From Tubiluchus corallicola (Eukaryota; Animalia; Priapulida): a stretch of 64,000 bases of DNA. Positions 11,001 to 34,050 of this stretch are shown piece by piece. Position 1 is the first letter of the stretch. Each line of letters opens with the position of its first letter. The translations under genes and the position numbers were made by a program. The DNA is taken from the NCBI GenBank assembly GCA_030141605.1, contig JAQGDQ010000167.1, positions 87,877 to 151,876 of the forward strand, written 5' to 3'. The notes under the pieces are model-generated. The model worked only from the letters and a program-made list of their open reading frames with translations, was not told where the DNA came from and searched no databases.

Positions 11001-14000
11001 AACATTAATGTATTTGCTTGGCTTTGCTCGATGGTAAAAACTATACACTCATATCTCGGTTTGCCGGACAAAAGCAGGGAGACGTCGGTGCAAATTTGCC
11101 GGTTGTCTGTATTTACCGATACTAACCTTATGGACTAGGCACTGTATTAAACACACAGTACTGTAAAATCAATCGCTTAATTGTTTCAAGAACATCTAGT
11201 ACCTATGCAAAAGTATGTAAAAACTGTCGCAAGTTGACTCAAATAACTCCCCATAATTGACTATATTTTTACATACAGAGATATACATATGATAACACTG
11301 ATGTAATGACGTAAACAAAATGACAGCCTGCCAAATAGAGTTCAGCTTGCGAAACAAGGGACTGTGTCCATAGTAACATAGATTTCGCCCAATTTTTCCG
11401 ATATCCGTTAAAGCAAGATCCGGAAAACTGAGATATGAGTATAATAGTTTTATTAACTGTTAATAGAGATTGCAGCAAAACCGCTGTCATTGATAAACAA
11501 AAAACATACGTGAAATGCTGAATTATTCTAATCCATAATTTTGCGTTCGAATCGAATGCAAATCAAATTCTTCGACTCGAACATTTGGATTCGATTTGAG
11601 TGTTCGGGTCATTGTTTAAACTAATTCTAAAAAATGCTCACGATGGTCTCGTCTGCACATTGGTCCAGTAGTTCCAGAAGGGCAGTTGCAAGTGAATGTG
11701 TTTCTTTCTTTAATCCAAGTGCACGTTCCATCATTCTGACATGGGTTAGGATCACAAGTTTTTAACACTGCAAAACGTAACAGACAACTGATCATTAAAG
11801 CATTCTTGAAATATAAATACCACGTGAATGCAAAAATTTCTTGTTATATACTAAATAAGAAGCTAAGGGTGAATGAGAATGTTAATAAAGCTACTGTACA
11901 ATAACTTGGTCAAATGTGGCGCCATCTTTGATTTAACGCAAGATTTCTACAATGCCACTCTTATAATCTCAGAATTATTTTTACCCTGATCAAAAGCTAG
12001 GCTGATGATATTTGCTTGTACGTAGGTGCAATGAGGATCTCAAACGCAGAAAATACAATTTATTTTTGTTCTACTGTCATCAGCAGCCTTGAAAATGTAG
12101 GCGAGGATTGTGACCACGAAGAGGTGTAATCGAACTGTATGTTACAAAAGTTCATTGCTGACATGTAAATATCAAGTGAGGTCTTTTGAACAAACTAACA
12201 GGGAAAGTATCAAATTTAACGATAGATAGCCATGTTGGCAATAAGGATGGCAGCCACATTTTTGATGAATGTGGTATCCAACGAGTTAACATAAAAACTG
12301 AACAGCTTACTGTGCAATAATGACTTTTAAAAGTTGCTTCTGGAGGACAAGTAACTTAACAGAAATTGGGACTTATCAATTGCAACTGCGAGGTGACGAT
12401 TTTGGTACTGATATGTTGGAAAGATACGGCTAACTGTTTTCCTAAGTAATTCAACATTCCAAGAACGTACACAATTTAGTAGCTTATGGAAAAATATACA
12501 TTTGTTTAACTATGTTTTTTTTAATTTTACAGAGGTGCATGGTCACAGTTAGCAGCAAAACAACAGTAATGAAAGAAATGCAGACAAAAGACAACTTGTA
12601 AAAAATCAAAAGAATGTCATAAATAGCAAACGTACTTTTCATCAGAAAATTTGTTTGATGACTAATTTCTAAAATCATTTCTCAACTCCTTGTGCAACTG
12701 TTAATTAATATACACAGAAATTAAGGGCCTGGTAACCATTGAAAAAGAAACTTCATTGAGAACAAACATGGCTCACATGTAGAATGTCAAACTGTATAAA
12801 GTGCCTTAGTTTTACATACAACTGAAAATCACTTAAAAGGTAGCTCCATAAATACCCTAAAATGGCAGCCATTTTAGAAAAATCTCAGTTTGGCAGCCAT
12901 CTTGAAAAACTGTGGACGTAATTTTAATTCATCGATGTACCAAGGCACGGTCTAGCTTAATATATATTTTATTGACCACGATGCTTTGAGATTTTTTTAA
13001 TCTCTTTCTTGGATGTTGCCATTGCAAGTTAATTAAAATCAATTAATTAAAAAGCGATAAGCTCAAAATGATAATTTAAATTAAAAAATGAAAAATTTAA
13101 AGTGGAAAACACACAGCTGCGGACTGGTAAATTTTACATGAAAGAAGAATATAAATTTTAGAATTAACAAGCATAGTATGCAGAAATAGACTTACCGATA
13201 AACTTAAAGAAAATGTGACTGACTAAGAGAGAAAACCTAGGCACACGTTGACAGCTTTAAAACAAACAAACATAAAGCCAAACCCACAAAAATCTAAATT
13301 CAATTGTTTTTTTAATTGACAAGTATCCTAAATTAACTGCATCTAAAAAACAAAATTGTAGAGTAAACTACGTATAACTCGAATTCGTTTCCTGAACAGA
13401 TCGCGTGGAATGGATTTTCCCTTTAACAAACATCGTGTCACTTGAAATTTGTAACTTGAATTATTGCATAGCGAATCAAATTCCTGAAACAATTTTTAAA
13501 AATCTGAGTGAAATTACCTCATTTAGCTAGAACAGCCTCCCAAGCAAGAAGTCCTACATGAATATGTGCAAGTGTTAAAATTTTTAAAAAGATTTTAACT
13601 GCTAAGTTAAAGATTTTAAGAGTTTCAGCAAATATGCTAGTAGAGGTGGACCAGTCATTTTATTTTTGATTAATTATGAAAATTGCTGTTTGATATATAA
13701 TGGAAGGTCCAGTTTGTCATTTTCACAGGCTGTAGTGTTACTAATGTATTGCCCGATTTTGAAGAATGATTCAATCTTGTCTTCTTACGAACATCGTCTA
13801 ACTCGTACCCTCACATAACTCGAACAAATTTTCCGGTCCTGAGGAGTTCGACTTATACGTAATTTACTACATAGTATATGTAGTTACAATGCCAGATCTT
13901 AAAACTTACATATGCATCTATACTCTAAGTTGGCGTGTCTGATTACATCATCATCAGCTGGAGCTTTGCATCTTTTTTCTCGAAAGTTTTTCTCTGTAAT

Positions 14001-17000
14001 TGTTACGATGCAGCTGTGTTTGCCGTCGCATTTGCTTTTCAGTTTATTCAATAATTTGTCACTGATTTTATTAAACGTACAAGCTATTTCAGCTTTTTTG
14101 GAGTTACACTCGTCTGTCTGGCGGTATCTCCCATATTTTCCCTTCGTAAGCTCTATTCTTGCTCCATCCAGTTTACACGTCAGTTCATATGTTTTATTAT
14201 GACATAGTGCCTGTGCTCTTTGCTTTTTGACAACAACTCCACCTGAAATAAACATTTGACGTAGAAGCACTACTATTAATGTAATAAAGAATATTATAAT
14301 AATACATTAACTTGTGGTGAATTACCGTGGGTTGAATAATACCGAACGTCTAATAAAACGCAACATTACGACATTTTCGGTCTCTCTCCTTAGTTATATT
14401 TCGCAAATTTGGTATTATACGTACTAATTTATTTACATTCTTGATTACATTTTAAAGTCCATAAGTAATTCTACACCTAAAATCAGGACTTAACATGTCG
14501 ACGGTCTACCTTCGTTTAATTCAGTTGCTCCTGCCATCTTAATCAATAAAACGACATATCTCACTTGCCAGTTAAAATAACTAAGCAATCAGATAATACT
14601 AAAGTCATTTCCAAAAAAACACACTGATGCATTGTATTATTTGTTCTGAAATGTAGCTATTCACTAGCAAATCAATGACCTATGTATATAACCCCAACAG
14701 ACACTGAAGTTTTTTTAACGCGTTATTATGATTACAAAAATAATTTATAGTTATTTTTAAACAAAGGAGAGTTATAAATCAAATAACTAACCTTTTTCTG
14801 GAGAATTTTGAACGCTTGCATTGCCATAAAGATCGCCTTATTTCACATCTTTGGTGCGAGTGAGTGAGAATGACATACAAAGTACAGAAGCCATTTTTGG
14901 CTAGCGAAGTTTGTTTACTAATCATTGGTGACCTTGTGACTGTGCTCACAACGTCATTCGTCTCGCGCAATAAAAAATGGCGGTTCTTCAAATTTAACAC
15001 CGCTAACAACAAAGTGACAAAAAACCAAAAGAAACAATTATCACAGTAGTTTATAATAAAATAAATTAAATATTGGCAATGAAAGTAGGATTTTAGGTTG
15101 TATATTATAGTAAGGGTTAAGTCTGACTCTTAAGTACAAAAGATCCACTCAGTGCTGTACTCACGTATACAAGAATAAATTACTTCTGCATACGGATCCC
15201 GTTGATGTTCACACTCCAGCATGAAATCAAATGAAGCATCGATGTAACACCAATTTTGTTTATTGCAGCCACGAATCAGTTTGCGTGTAACGTCCTTTTG
15301 ACAAGGTTTTATCAAATTAGAATGACTTGTACAAATGTTTTTATGCTTGTTAGATCTTCCAAATTTAACCGTTCGTAACTGAAACTCGTCACCGTTGCAA
15401 GAAATATTCTTTTGCTCATTACTGCATACAAAAGTAGTATATTCAATTTTCCTTTGTGCTGGAAAAGATGTAAAACCGACATAGAATCAGTTAGATCATA
15501 GTCCACAATAAATAAACTATTGCTTCCCACAGCAACAGGTATAATAACTTTACATAAGTTTATAAACAACATTTGAAACATAAAATCTGGTTGCAGTGGT
15601 GTAGCAAATGCTTGTGACGCCCGAGACAAAAAAAAACTTCTGGCACTCTACCCTTTTACATATTTTGATTGTTTGTTTCGTGGATGAAGCCACAAATTGT
15701 GAGCATTTTGTACATCCCTGAGCCCAACTTTTCTTATGCAACGTGATGGGACTGCACCAGAAGAACTCTTCTATGGATTACTTGCTTGTAACATGACAGT
15801 CCTAAAAACATTCATCTCCAGCATTCAAACTTGCAAAGACTACGAAACATACATGTTTTCAGAATAATACATTCGGTACTTAATTGTCAAGTAAAGATTT
15901 TATCTGTCTATCCATTTAGAGGAACGCCATTGTTTCTCCCAAAATCATCTATCCGCTAAGCTACGTGCCACCCTACATGTGCCGTTAAGTAACAACATTC
16001 GCCTTCTTTCTAGACTGTACATAGTAATTAAGTCAGCTACGAAGATCTTTGACTAGGCAATTTTTTTGTAGTTTGAAAACTTTTGTTAATTGTTATGAAT
16101 TAGTAATTAATAATTAACAATTATTGAACTCTAGAAAAATTCTGCACTCTCACAAACTTGTGCCCAGGGGTGATTGCCCCCTGTCGCCCCTACCTTGCTA
16201 CGCCTGTGTCTGATTAAACAATCCATCAAAAGAGTGAATACAGTGTATTTTCTCAGTCTACACTGAGGAAGTAGTTTCCAGTAAAAGGATCACATGGTGC
16301 AACACGGTTTTTAAAGGAAAGGCCAAGCCTTCTGGGAAGCTTATCTCAATGCTTGCGAAAAATGCTTAAAGGATTTAGTAATAAAAGTGTGATAAGTGCC
16401 TCGTGCAATTAATAAAAGCACTTTAGACTCACAATCATTTCACACTCCCATTTTGAAAGCCCATTTTTCCACTGATATCATTCATCAGTTGAAGAAAAGC
16501 AGTCCACTGTCTTTTCCATGAAAAATAGAACAAGTTTTTACAAAAAATTAAATAACTACTTTTGTGATATTTTTGCGTGAACATTAGGTAAGCTGCAGAA
16601 GGTTGAATTAGCTTAAGCAGGGCGTGCTTACGGAAAGCCATGACGTGCATACAAAAAGTCACAAAGTCCATTTCATCACAATTTCAAGTGAATGCTGGCA
16701 GCAACTACCTCGAAAAATTTTTACAGTGCGGTTGTATAAATTCATGCTTTATGGACGATTTTTTAAAAATTTCTATGTTATATTTTTCTAAATTTAGGTG
16801 ATAACAGTAAAATAAACCCAACATGCTAAGTGACTTGTCCTTTCCTTTAATATACATGTAATACATATTTTCAAATTTTTTCTAGGAAGATTTCATAACG
16901 ACTATACATATATAGTTTTCCTCAGCCTTTCTTATAAACTGATCATGTAATGTAGCTTTCTGGATAACCACAGTTAAGCAATTGACTCAGTGTTTGTTTT

Positions 17001-18768
17001 AATACGTCGCATATGCAACTTGTGCTCACAAGTTGATGCAATAAGCTCGATTATTCCGGTTTGGATAAAACAAATGGCATAATTTGACAATGGGCTTTGT
17101 TAGCTTCTTCAACTAAGACAGTACAATCAGTATTTTTAAAATGATTAATAAAATAATATTAATAATTATTAGTAAATATTAGTTTTTGAACCTAACCCTA
17201 AACTGCTATACTAAATATGGTCATTTCAATGTACTTGCAAACTAAAGTGGGCTTATGGGTTATGCTACTGTGTAGGAATAGCATTAGAAAGTAATATTAG
17301 AATGATTTGTAGCAATTAAAACTGGTGTAACAACAAATGCTGTAGTAGTAGTTGTACGCGACATGCGTTCGACTTCGTTTTATCTGAAGAAAAATTAAAA
17401 ATTCTTTCTGCTAAACCAACGTCTAAACATTAAGTAACTGGTATAATGATAATTAATAATAAAATGACATGACAAAATGTGAAGAAATGAAACTTACATC
17501 TTTGCCGCATACCGGTGACACACTACTTTCATATCCTAACTGTGAAATGAGGCCAATGGCCTATTTCCTGACCTAGCTCACCTGTCTAAACTAGGAAAAA
17601 CAAACACCAGGGGGCACCACGTGCTTATATCCAAAACAGTAGTGTTAGTAGTTATAGTGATAGTGGCCGTCCTTGATGTCGCTGCCGTCACCATATTTGC
17701 AGCAGTAGCAGTAATAGTAGACATGCATATGAAATGAATATACAGACAAATACATGTACAGCCTCGCTTAACGACACTAATGCGTTCCAGCAAAATGCAA
17801 TGTCAAGCGAAATATCATTAAATGAAGCCAAGACTTCCATAGAAAGCAATGTAAAAGAATTGAGATACCTTCCGGAGACAAAAATCAATGCTGGTTAAAT
17901 CATATATAACTTAAACATCTTATGAGTTTTATTAATATTTCTACTGATTAATTTCTTTTTGCATACTTGACACACCTATCTTTATTACCAATATCTAGCT
18001 GGTGGTTTCTCTTTGAAGTCTGCACTCAGGTGCCTTGAGGCCTGCATATAAATCACAATCTCTTTTGATACAAACCACTACTAGTATTGAGTCATTGTAA
18101 TGTTTTGCATTACAATTTTACAAGTGCGTTTTTCAAACAGACTAACATAATTTGTACTGTTTTAATGCTTCAAATTAAGTGTAAAAGTCTTTGAAAAAAA
18201 ACAGTGGCACTGAGCAAAGCAATAAAATCGTAAGGGGCATATATGCCATAGAACTTTTTGATTTTTTGGGCATCAGAATCAAATTATCAAGACAGTAACG
18301 CAAAAATTAATGTACTTTTTTGGGCATTACTGTACTGTTATTGCAATTTACTTCCTTTTTTATATGTAAATATGTTCTTCAGCGCACATGTGAAAAGCTC
18401 AGCAGCACCCGAAATTGTTTAATTTTCAATAATGGTAATATCCTTTAGATTAATATATTCTGTGAGGCTCATAAAGGCTAAGGTATTGAGAGTAGTACTA
18501 TTGATTTTGATGTGATTGGTACTGATGGCAAAGGAAGGCAGGTGACTTGCAAACTTGAGAGAGAAATTGCCAAATGTGCGAGAACTGACATTTGATGCAA
18601 ATACGGGTGATGCACGCCTAATACATGAGAGTAGGCAAGTCTGTAAATTCATTATAATACACATGCATACATTTTTTATTTTTTAACCAGATAATGATTG
18701 AACTTACGTGGGCGTTGTGCACTTCCAATTTCGATTGAAATCAAACACAAAAACAACATGAGAGCCAT
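2052..18768 (-). CDS. Secreted multidomain protein: signal peptide, 2 SUEL (rhamnose/galactose-binding lectin) domains, EGF modules and an acidic linker; exon set possibly incomplete
   Basis: GT-AG phase-1 exons: 18708-18768 (MALMLFLCLISIEIGSAQRP, signal peptide), 15165-15458 (SUEL), 13910-14242 (SUEL), 11642-11767 (EGF), 8137-8280, 3920-4063 (acidic), 3224-3340 (EGF), 2703-2816 (EGF), 2052-2128 (truncated cbEGF ending in TAA). Joining them into a single transcript is inference from orientation and phase. Confidence 0.7.
2445..2555 (-). pseudogene. Degenerate EGF exon copy
   Basis: NESASQTWQNTGSCVNKVNYYDCFCAPGYMGVNCKS parallels exon 2703-2816 but the first two Cys are lost and no clear acceptor is visible. 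Confidence 0.6.
2703..2816 (-). CDS. EGF-like domain exon
   Basis: cag/gtaag boundaries, 114 nt, [38 protein letters not shown]. Confidence 0.85.
3224..3340 (-). CDS. EGF-like domain exon
   Basis: tag/gta boundaries, 117 nt, DDLCTPNTCLNGATCTTGDENHYYCQCAIGFKGEKCEI. Confidence 0.85.
3920..4063 (-). CDS. Acidic Asp/Tyr-rich linker exon
   Basis: tttcag/gtgagt boundaries, 144 nt, open in phase 1: GRDDISTAGYETDDDAYDSYDDDDGADFGGLIDSSGRETGDTYLKTV. Confidence 0.7.
6312..6840 (-). mobile_element. 5S rRNA-headed SINE (SINE3-type) with (CAA)n tail
   Basis: Full-length 5S-like head 6721-6840, GC-rich body of about 400 bp, (CAA)4 tail near 6312-6322, flanked by direct repeat TGCATGT (6305-6311 and 6841-6847). 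Confidence 0.75.
6721..6840 (-). pseudogene. 5S rRNA-derived sequence (SINE head)
   Basis: Reverse complement reads ...GGCCATATCATGTGGAAAACACCGGTTCGCATCTGATCACCGAAGTTAAGCAACG...TTAGTACTTTGATGGGTGACCGCCTAGGCATACCAGGTGCTATAGGCTT, matching animal 5S rRNA with multiple substitutions; no oligo-T terminator follows. Confidence 0.9.
8137..8280 (-). CDS. Probable internal exon of the SUEL/EGF gene (no recognised domain); identical copy on + at 1337-1480
   Basis: tttacag/gtatta boundaries, 144 nt, phase 1-1, KSYYCNNSDSNCRLVNPTNTFSPGKDHRIMPLRLFRSLIREDLAKFA. Confidence 0.55.
8605..8982. repeat. Degenerate (GTT/AAC)n trinucleotide microsatellite
   Basis: Runs of gtt/gct/gtc triplets; produces poly-Thr, poly-Val and poly-Cys ORFs; partly copied at 835-1010. 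Confidence 0.9.
9840..10501. mobile_element. hAT-like non-autonomous DNA element (MITE)
   Basis: Terminal inverted repeat AGGGATGTACCGGA with a perfect 8-bp target duplication CATTCCAG (9832-9839, 10502-10509). Confidence 0.8.
10632..10830. mobile_element. Short MITE
   Basis: Imperfect ~30-bp inverted termini AAGTGGC...ATCCGGAATGC / GCATTCCGGAT...GCCACTT in a TTAA/TAA context. Confidence 0.55.
11642..11767 (-). CDS. EGF-like domain exon
   Basis: ttttgcag/gtgag boundaries, 126 nt, LKTCDPNPCQNDGTCTWIKERKTFTCNCPSGTTGPMCRRDH. Confidence 0.85.
13361..13869. mobile_element. Tc1/mariner-pogo-like MITE (same family as 27971-28579)
   Basis: Inverted termini AGTAAACTACGTATAACTCGAA / TTCGACTTATACGTAATTTACT; internal blocks shared with 27971-28579. 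Confidence 0.65.
13910..14242 (-). CDS. SUEL/rhamnose-binding lectin domain exon
   Basis: tttcag/gtaag boundaries, 333 nt; ALCHNKTYELTC...KYGR...ECNSKKAEIAC...SKCDGKHSC...RCK...LEYRCI shows the 8-Cys, YGR and Y-x-C pattern. Confidence 0.85.
15165..15458 (-). CDS. SUEL/rhamnose-binding lectin domain exon
   Basis: ttttccag/gtgag boundaries, 294 nt; FVCSNEQKNISC...KFGR...ICT...PCQKDVT...GCNKQNWC...ECE...YAEVIYSCI. Confidence 0.8.
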
Positions 18769-20559
18769 CGTCCACCAGCACAAGCAAGATACCAAGCTGA
18801 AAATAACTTAAAGTGGTCAAAAATGATTAGCTGACACACTATTTTGAATTGTAAATAAACAAACAAAAGTTTATATCAATTTAAATGCTAACATGAAATT
18901 TTATGTAGCGATGACAACATTCAAGAAATGATGTAGAAATATAATAACTAATTTTTACACATTCTCGTAAAGAAAGAAAGAATATTAAAAAACACCTCAC
19001 TTTTCTTAAATACTCGTAATCAAAGTATTTCTTAATTTTGTTTTTTACACTATTGTTAGTAGAATATTGAGATTTTGTAAAAACAGAAAAAACTTCTTCC
19101 CAATTACAACTTAGGCGCGCCAAGTAGTACTGCATGTAAGCAGAGGTTATTTGTTAGAAAAAAACCTTTTTTTGCATTCAAAAAAAAATTTGGACATTTT
19201 TTTATTGGAGTTGTGTTTTGAAGTGAGGCACTGAGGTAAATATAATTCATTTATTTTCAGTGGAATGCCAAAAAAACAAATTGAAATACAGTAAACTCTA
19301 CATATTCCAGATACAAGGAGGCCAAAAAACTGTCCTAGTGGCACGAAATTCCTCTGCAAATTTTTAGCCTAATGTCAGAAAGGTAATGGTCAATGAATCT
19401 GGTTGATTTATTTGCAGTATGTATTGAAATCATTATTATTTTATTTAATCACTCAGTAAAGTAAATTATTTGAGCTCGTTTCACCGAAATAACACGAGAA
19501 CACCTGAATACGATAAAAGCTGGAAATATTAAAATCCTAGACAACGTGGACACACATAATACGTAGCAGAAAGATAGCACAAAAAATAAGACAGAGTTCG
19601 GAAGTTACGGTAGCCCATGTGACAGACCAGGCTTACCAGGGCTAATGTTCGCAAGGCTTAATTAAAATTTATTTCCTTTACCATGGATGTGAGGGTTACG
19701 AACTTAAAAAGAGAGAAGTGCGCCTTACAGAGCCACACGAAAACAAGAAACTTCTGGCATTAAATTTTTAATGATTCTCACCTTGTTATTGAAATCTCCC
19801 CTTCCTGCTGTATCTCTACTTCCCCACACGCCTTTAAGTTTTTTATACAATAGCATATCGTGCCACACTACCATACGGCCCAGCTTGCTAATCACTTTAA
19901 AGAATATTTCACACATTCATGCAATTCTGCATTATACACTTCCCAAATTAAGGATTATTTTCTAGAATGAGACACTGAACCCACACAATCGTCTACGCAT
20001 GTGCTTCTGCAGTTTTTTTTATTACTTTTTTGCCTTTTCGAAGTTAACAATGAGCAGGCAGGTAGATTGCCAGGCCGAGCTGCACATCCAAAAACCATCC
20101 TGTGCAATGTACAGTCCATGGTGACGATCGAGGCGCAATATCAGCAACATCATTAATTCTGCTTTTTATTTTGACAAATTCTTTTAAATAGATATTAAAT
20201 CAAGTAATACTAAAACAGTTTTGTTGTTCATAACATTATAGCTATATAAATGGCGGTATAATGTCACGTGAAGCACACTTGTACACTAAAATCAAAAGCC
20301 TTAGGTTAATAAAAAAAATGAAATGTGTAAGACCTTGTTTTAATGAAATTACCAGAAACAATAGAATAAGCTAGGTTAGCACTAAGTTATAGACAAGGCA
20401 CAAAAGCTTGCTAAACTATCACCAAACGGACCAAAAAAAAATATCAAAAATTAGCAAAGACAGACAACAGCAAAGCATGATCACAGGAGTTGAAAACTCT
20501 AGCTGTAGACAGAAAACAAAGGACAAATATGTCTTCATGGCGTATAATTAGTATAATTA

Positions 20560-21130
20560 GTGGAGCTGTACTCGGACCTGTTTTGTTTTTGTTCTATAAA
20601 TAACCAATTGATAATGTATAACCTATCGATGACACTATATTTCCAATGCTATTCTAAATTTTGCTGATGACACCAAGATTTCTAAAGCAGTGGCTAGTTC
20701 TAAAGTTCTTTGATTACTACATGCAGGCATGAACACCATACAAGTCAAACAATATTAGATTGCTTGAAGGTGTACAGAAAAGAGCTATAAAGTTGTCTAA
20801 GTGTCAAAATTTTGCATGGTTAACATACCAACACAAATTAAATAGAAGCAGAATAATGCCTCTAGAGTACTGTCAACTTAGAGGGAACTGACTGAAGTGT
20901 TTAGAATTTTGAATGGACTTGACGGCCTGCAATGTAGTGGCTTTTTTACTATTAATGACGACAGTAGGACAGGAGGTCACTCCAAAAAATTATGGAAGCG
21001 AAAGTCCAGATTTGATCTTAGAAAATACAGTTTCAGCCAAAGGGTTATTAATGCCTTGAACCAGTTAATGGAGGAAATAGTGAACTCCAGCAGTGTAAAT
21101 GATTTGAAGACTCACTTGGAGAGTTCTTGA
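20560..21130 (+). mobile_element. Decayed CR1-like LINE fragment (reverse transcriptase and C-terminal region)
   Basis: Frameshifted remnants GAVLGPVLF, LNFADDTKI, LLEGVQKRAIK and ORF 20897..21130 (FRILNG...RTGGHSKKL...RKYSFSQRVINALNQL). Confidence 0.8.
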
Positions 21131-21922
21131 AGAAAACTAGGGAACACAAGACCATCTTGTAATTGTAATTGCCATTGATTACATTGTCTTTTAGATGAGT
21201 GTCAGCAAGTAGTAAAGAAATGAATGCATGTTGTTGTTGTTTGTTTGTTGTTGATGTTGTTGTTATCAATGACACTGTTGTTGTTGTTCCTATTCTGTTG
21301 CCATTACCTAGTTGTTGTTGGCGGATTGAAAAAATCTTGAAATATAAATTATCACAAAAAAATTTTCATACAAACTCTTGTTACTTACGTCTGTACACTA
21401 ACGTGATGAAAACTAACTTTACGTATATGGAAAATGAAAATGTTATAATTTCAATTGTTTGCACTAACTGATAAAGCATCATAATAAACTAATTACTGCA
21501 GAACAAAATCAGGTACTATGCATGATCTTTGTAAGACCACTTCTTACTAGTTCGAAAATTCGAAAATTCAGAGAACTTATTCGAAATACCAAATTCGGTT
21601 CGATTCGAATTCGCATTCTGGTAGAGAAAGCTCGCCTCTAATTGTTTCAAAGAGTTTTCCTGTGCTTTAAAAATTTCACGCTATGGTTTCATGCTCATAG
21701 ACCACAGAAAATTGTCTCGTTTCTGTTGGTACTTTTAAGCTTTCGTTTTAAAATACGCAAGAACGAAAATATTGTACATCCGCTGCATGTGCATTGATTT
21801 TGTTTTTGACGTGGCAAATATTAAAACGTGGGAACTTGAATAGTGTTTGTTACCTCTGTTCTTTTTTTGAACTGATCACCTTACACTGTGTTAAGCTTTA
21901 AACAGCGCATAAGACTGTTAAC

Positions 21923-32653
<10,731 letters not shown>

Positions 32654-33451
32654 GCTGACAATGTTCGCAATCTCTCTGTTTCCACTATTGTAATTTGCAT
32701 CCTTACTGAACGTTCAGAAATCAAGCAATGTTTGCGCGTTTAATGTCAGGACTATCAGGTTGCGATCTGCATTTTCTACAGGACACACATTTTGGCGCGA
32801 ATCCGTGCAAGTAGAATCTGTTTGCACATTTAATTTAGCTGAAGTAGTTTTAAGAAGATTTGACTTTAAGCGAAGGCATTGCTGAATCAAAAATAATTTA
32901 CTCCAGAGTGTGACATTTTAACTGGCCTTTCACTGTCTTTTACTCGTAACCCGAGGTTTTATTATGTTTTCTAATGCGATTTTTGGGTGGTGGCTGAGTT
33001 AGTTGATTGTTCGTTTACATTTGTTCTTAAAACCGTATTCTGCAAATTCTGCCAAGAGCCAGGACAATGCGTTTTTTACTTGTAATTGTTTTTTTTACAC
33101 AATTCGGCATACAGCAAACTGGAGTCCAGTACTTAATGTACTTATTTTGTTGATGGTTGTGAAAGAGAACAGCATCGTTTGCCTGACATATGGTTCTAGG
33201 CTGTAACGTGTTTTATACTTAGATATATTTGCTCTGTGTTGTTTTAAAGCCTAGACTCTTACGACTAATCCAACTTTTTACGATGTATGCATGATTTTCT
33301 CAGAATTAACGAATTTTTATTCAGAGCCAACTGTAGAATCACATCGTACCTTTCTGTGGTCAGTGAACTATGAGACTCGGTAACTTTCTTCCTAATGCAG
33401 TTTTGATTTGATCAATCTGTTTTCAATTTATCAGATTCTGATTCTAACAGG

Positions 33452-34050
33452 CAGGCCCACAGAAAAGGAGGGTCAGCTGGGGTGGTGCCCGGGGGCCCAT
33501 GAGTTTAGGGGATCCAAAAGCCAAGCAAGGAAAAAAACGACATTTACCTTGAATAAGGCAAACAAAATAAGATGTGTGCTTGCAAACCAAAATTGTCCAT
33601 AAGTCAACACAGTTAAAACTACGTTATTCTGTTTCCAAGTAAAATGCATCTAAAATTCTGTCAAATAGCATTTTTTTATAGAAACAAATGCTAAATATAT
33701 TGGAATTTTGTATTCTATCATCAAATCGTCTTTAATTTGTTCAAAAAATACTGAAAATTTAATTTTATAATCTCTTACCAACTTCTCTGCCTGAAACTGC
33801 AATTGTGAAAGACTCATACTTTCAAACTCAATTAGTTTGTTTGACGTTTATTATTTTTTCAAGCCCAGCTCGTCCTTCGCAAGAGCCATCTATTCGATTT
33901 AATCTGTTTTTAAACTATAATTCATCAATTCATTTCTGTTGTACTGATTCCTTGCTTATGACACATCGTGGTATCATTATTTGGAGAATTGGAGGAAGGA
34001 GGCCAAGTTTCCTTTTGCCCTGGCGCCTAAAAATTCTTTTGGCGGCCCTG
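33452..34050. mobile_element. Old hAT-like element downstream of the ARF stop
   Basis: CAGG...CCCTG GC-rich termini with imperfect 8-bp flanks CTAACAGG/CTAACAAA. Confidence 0.5.
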
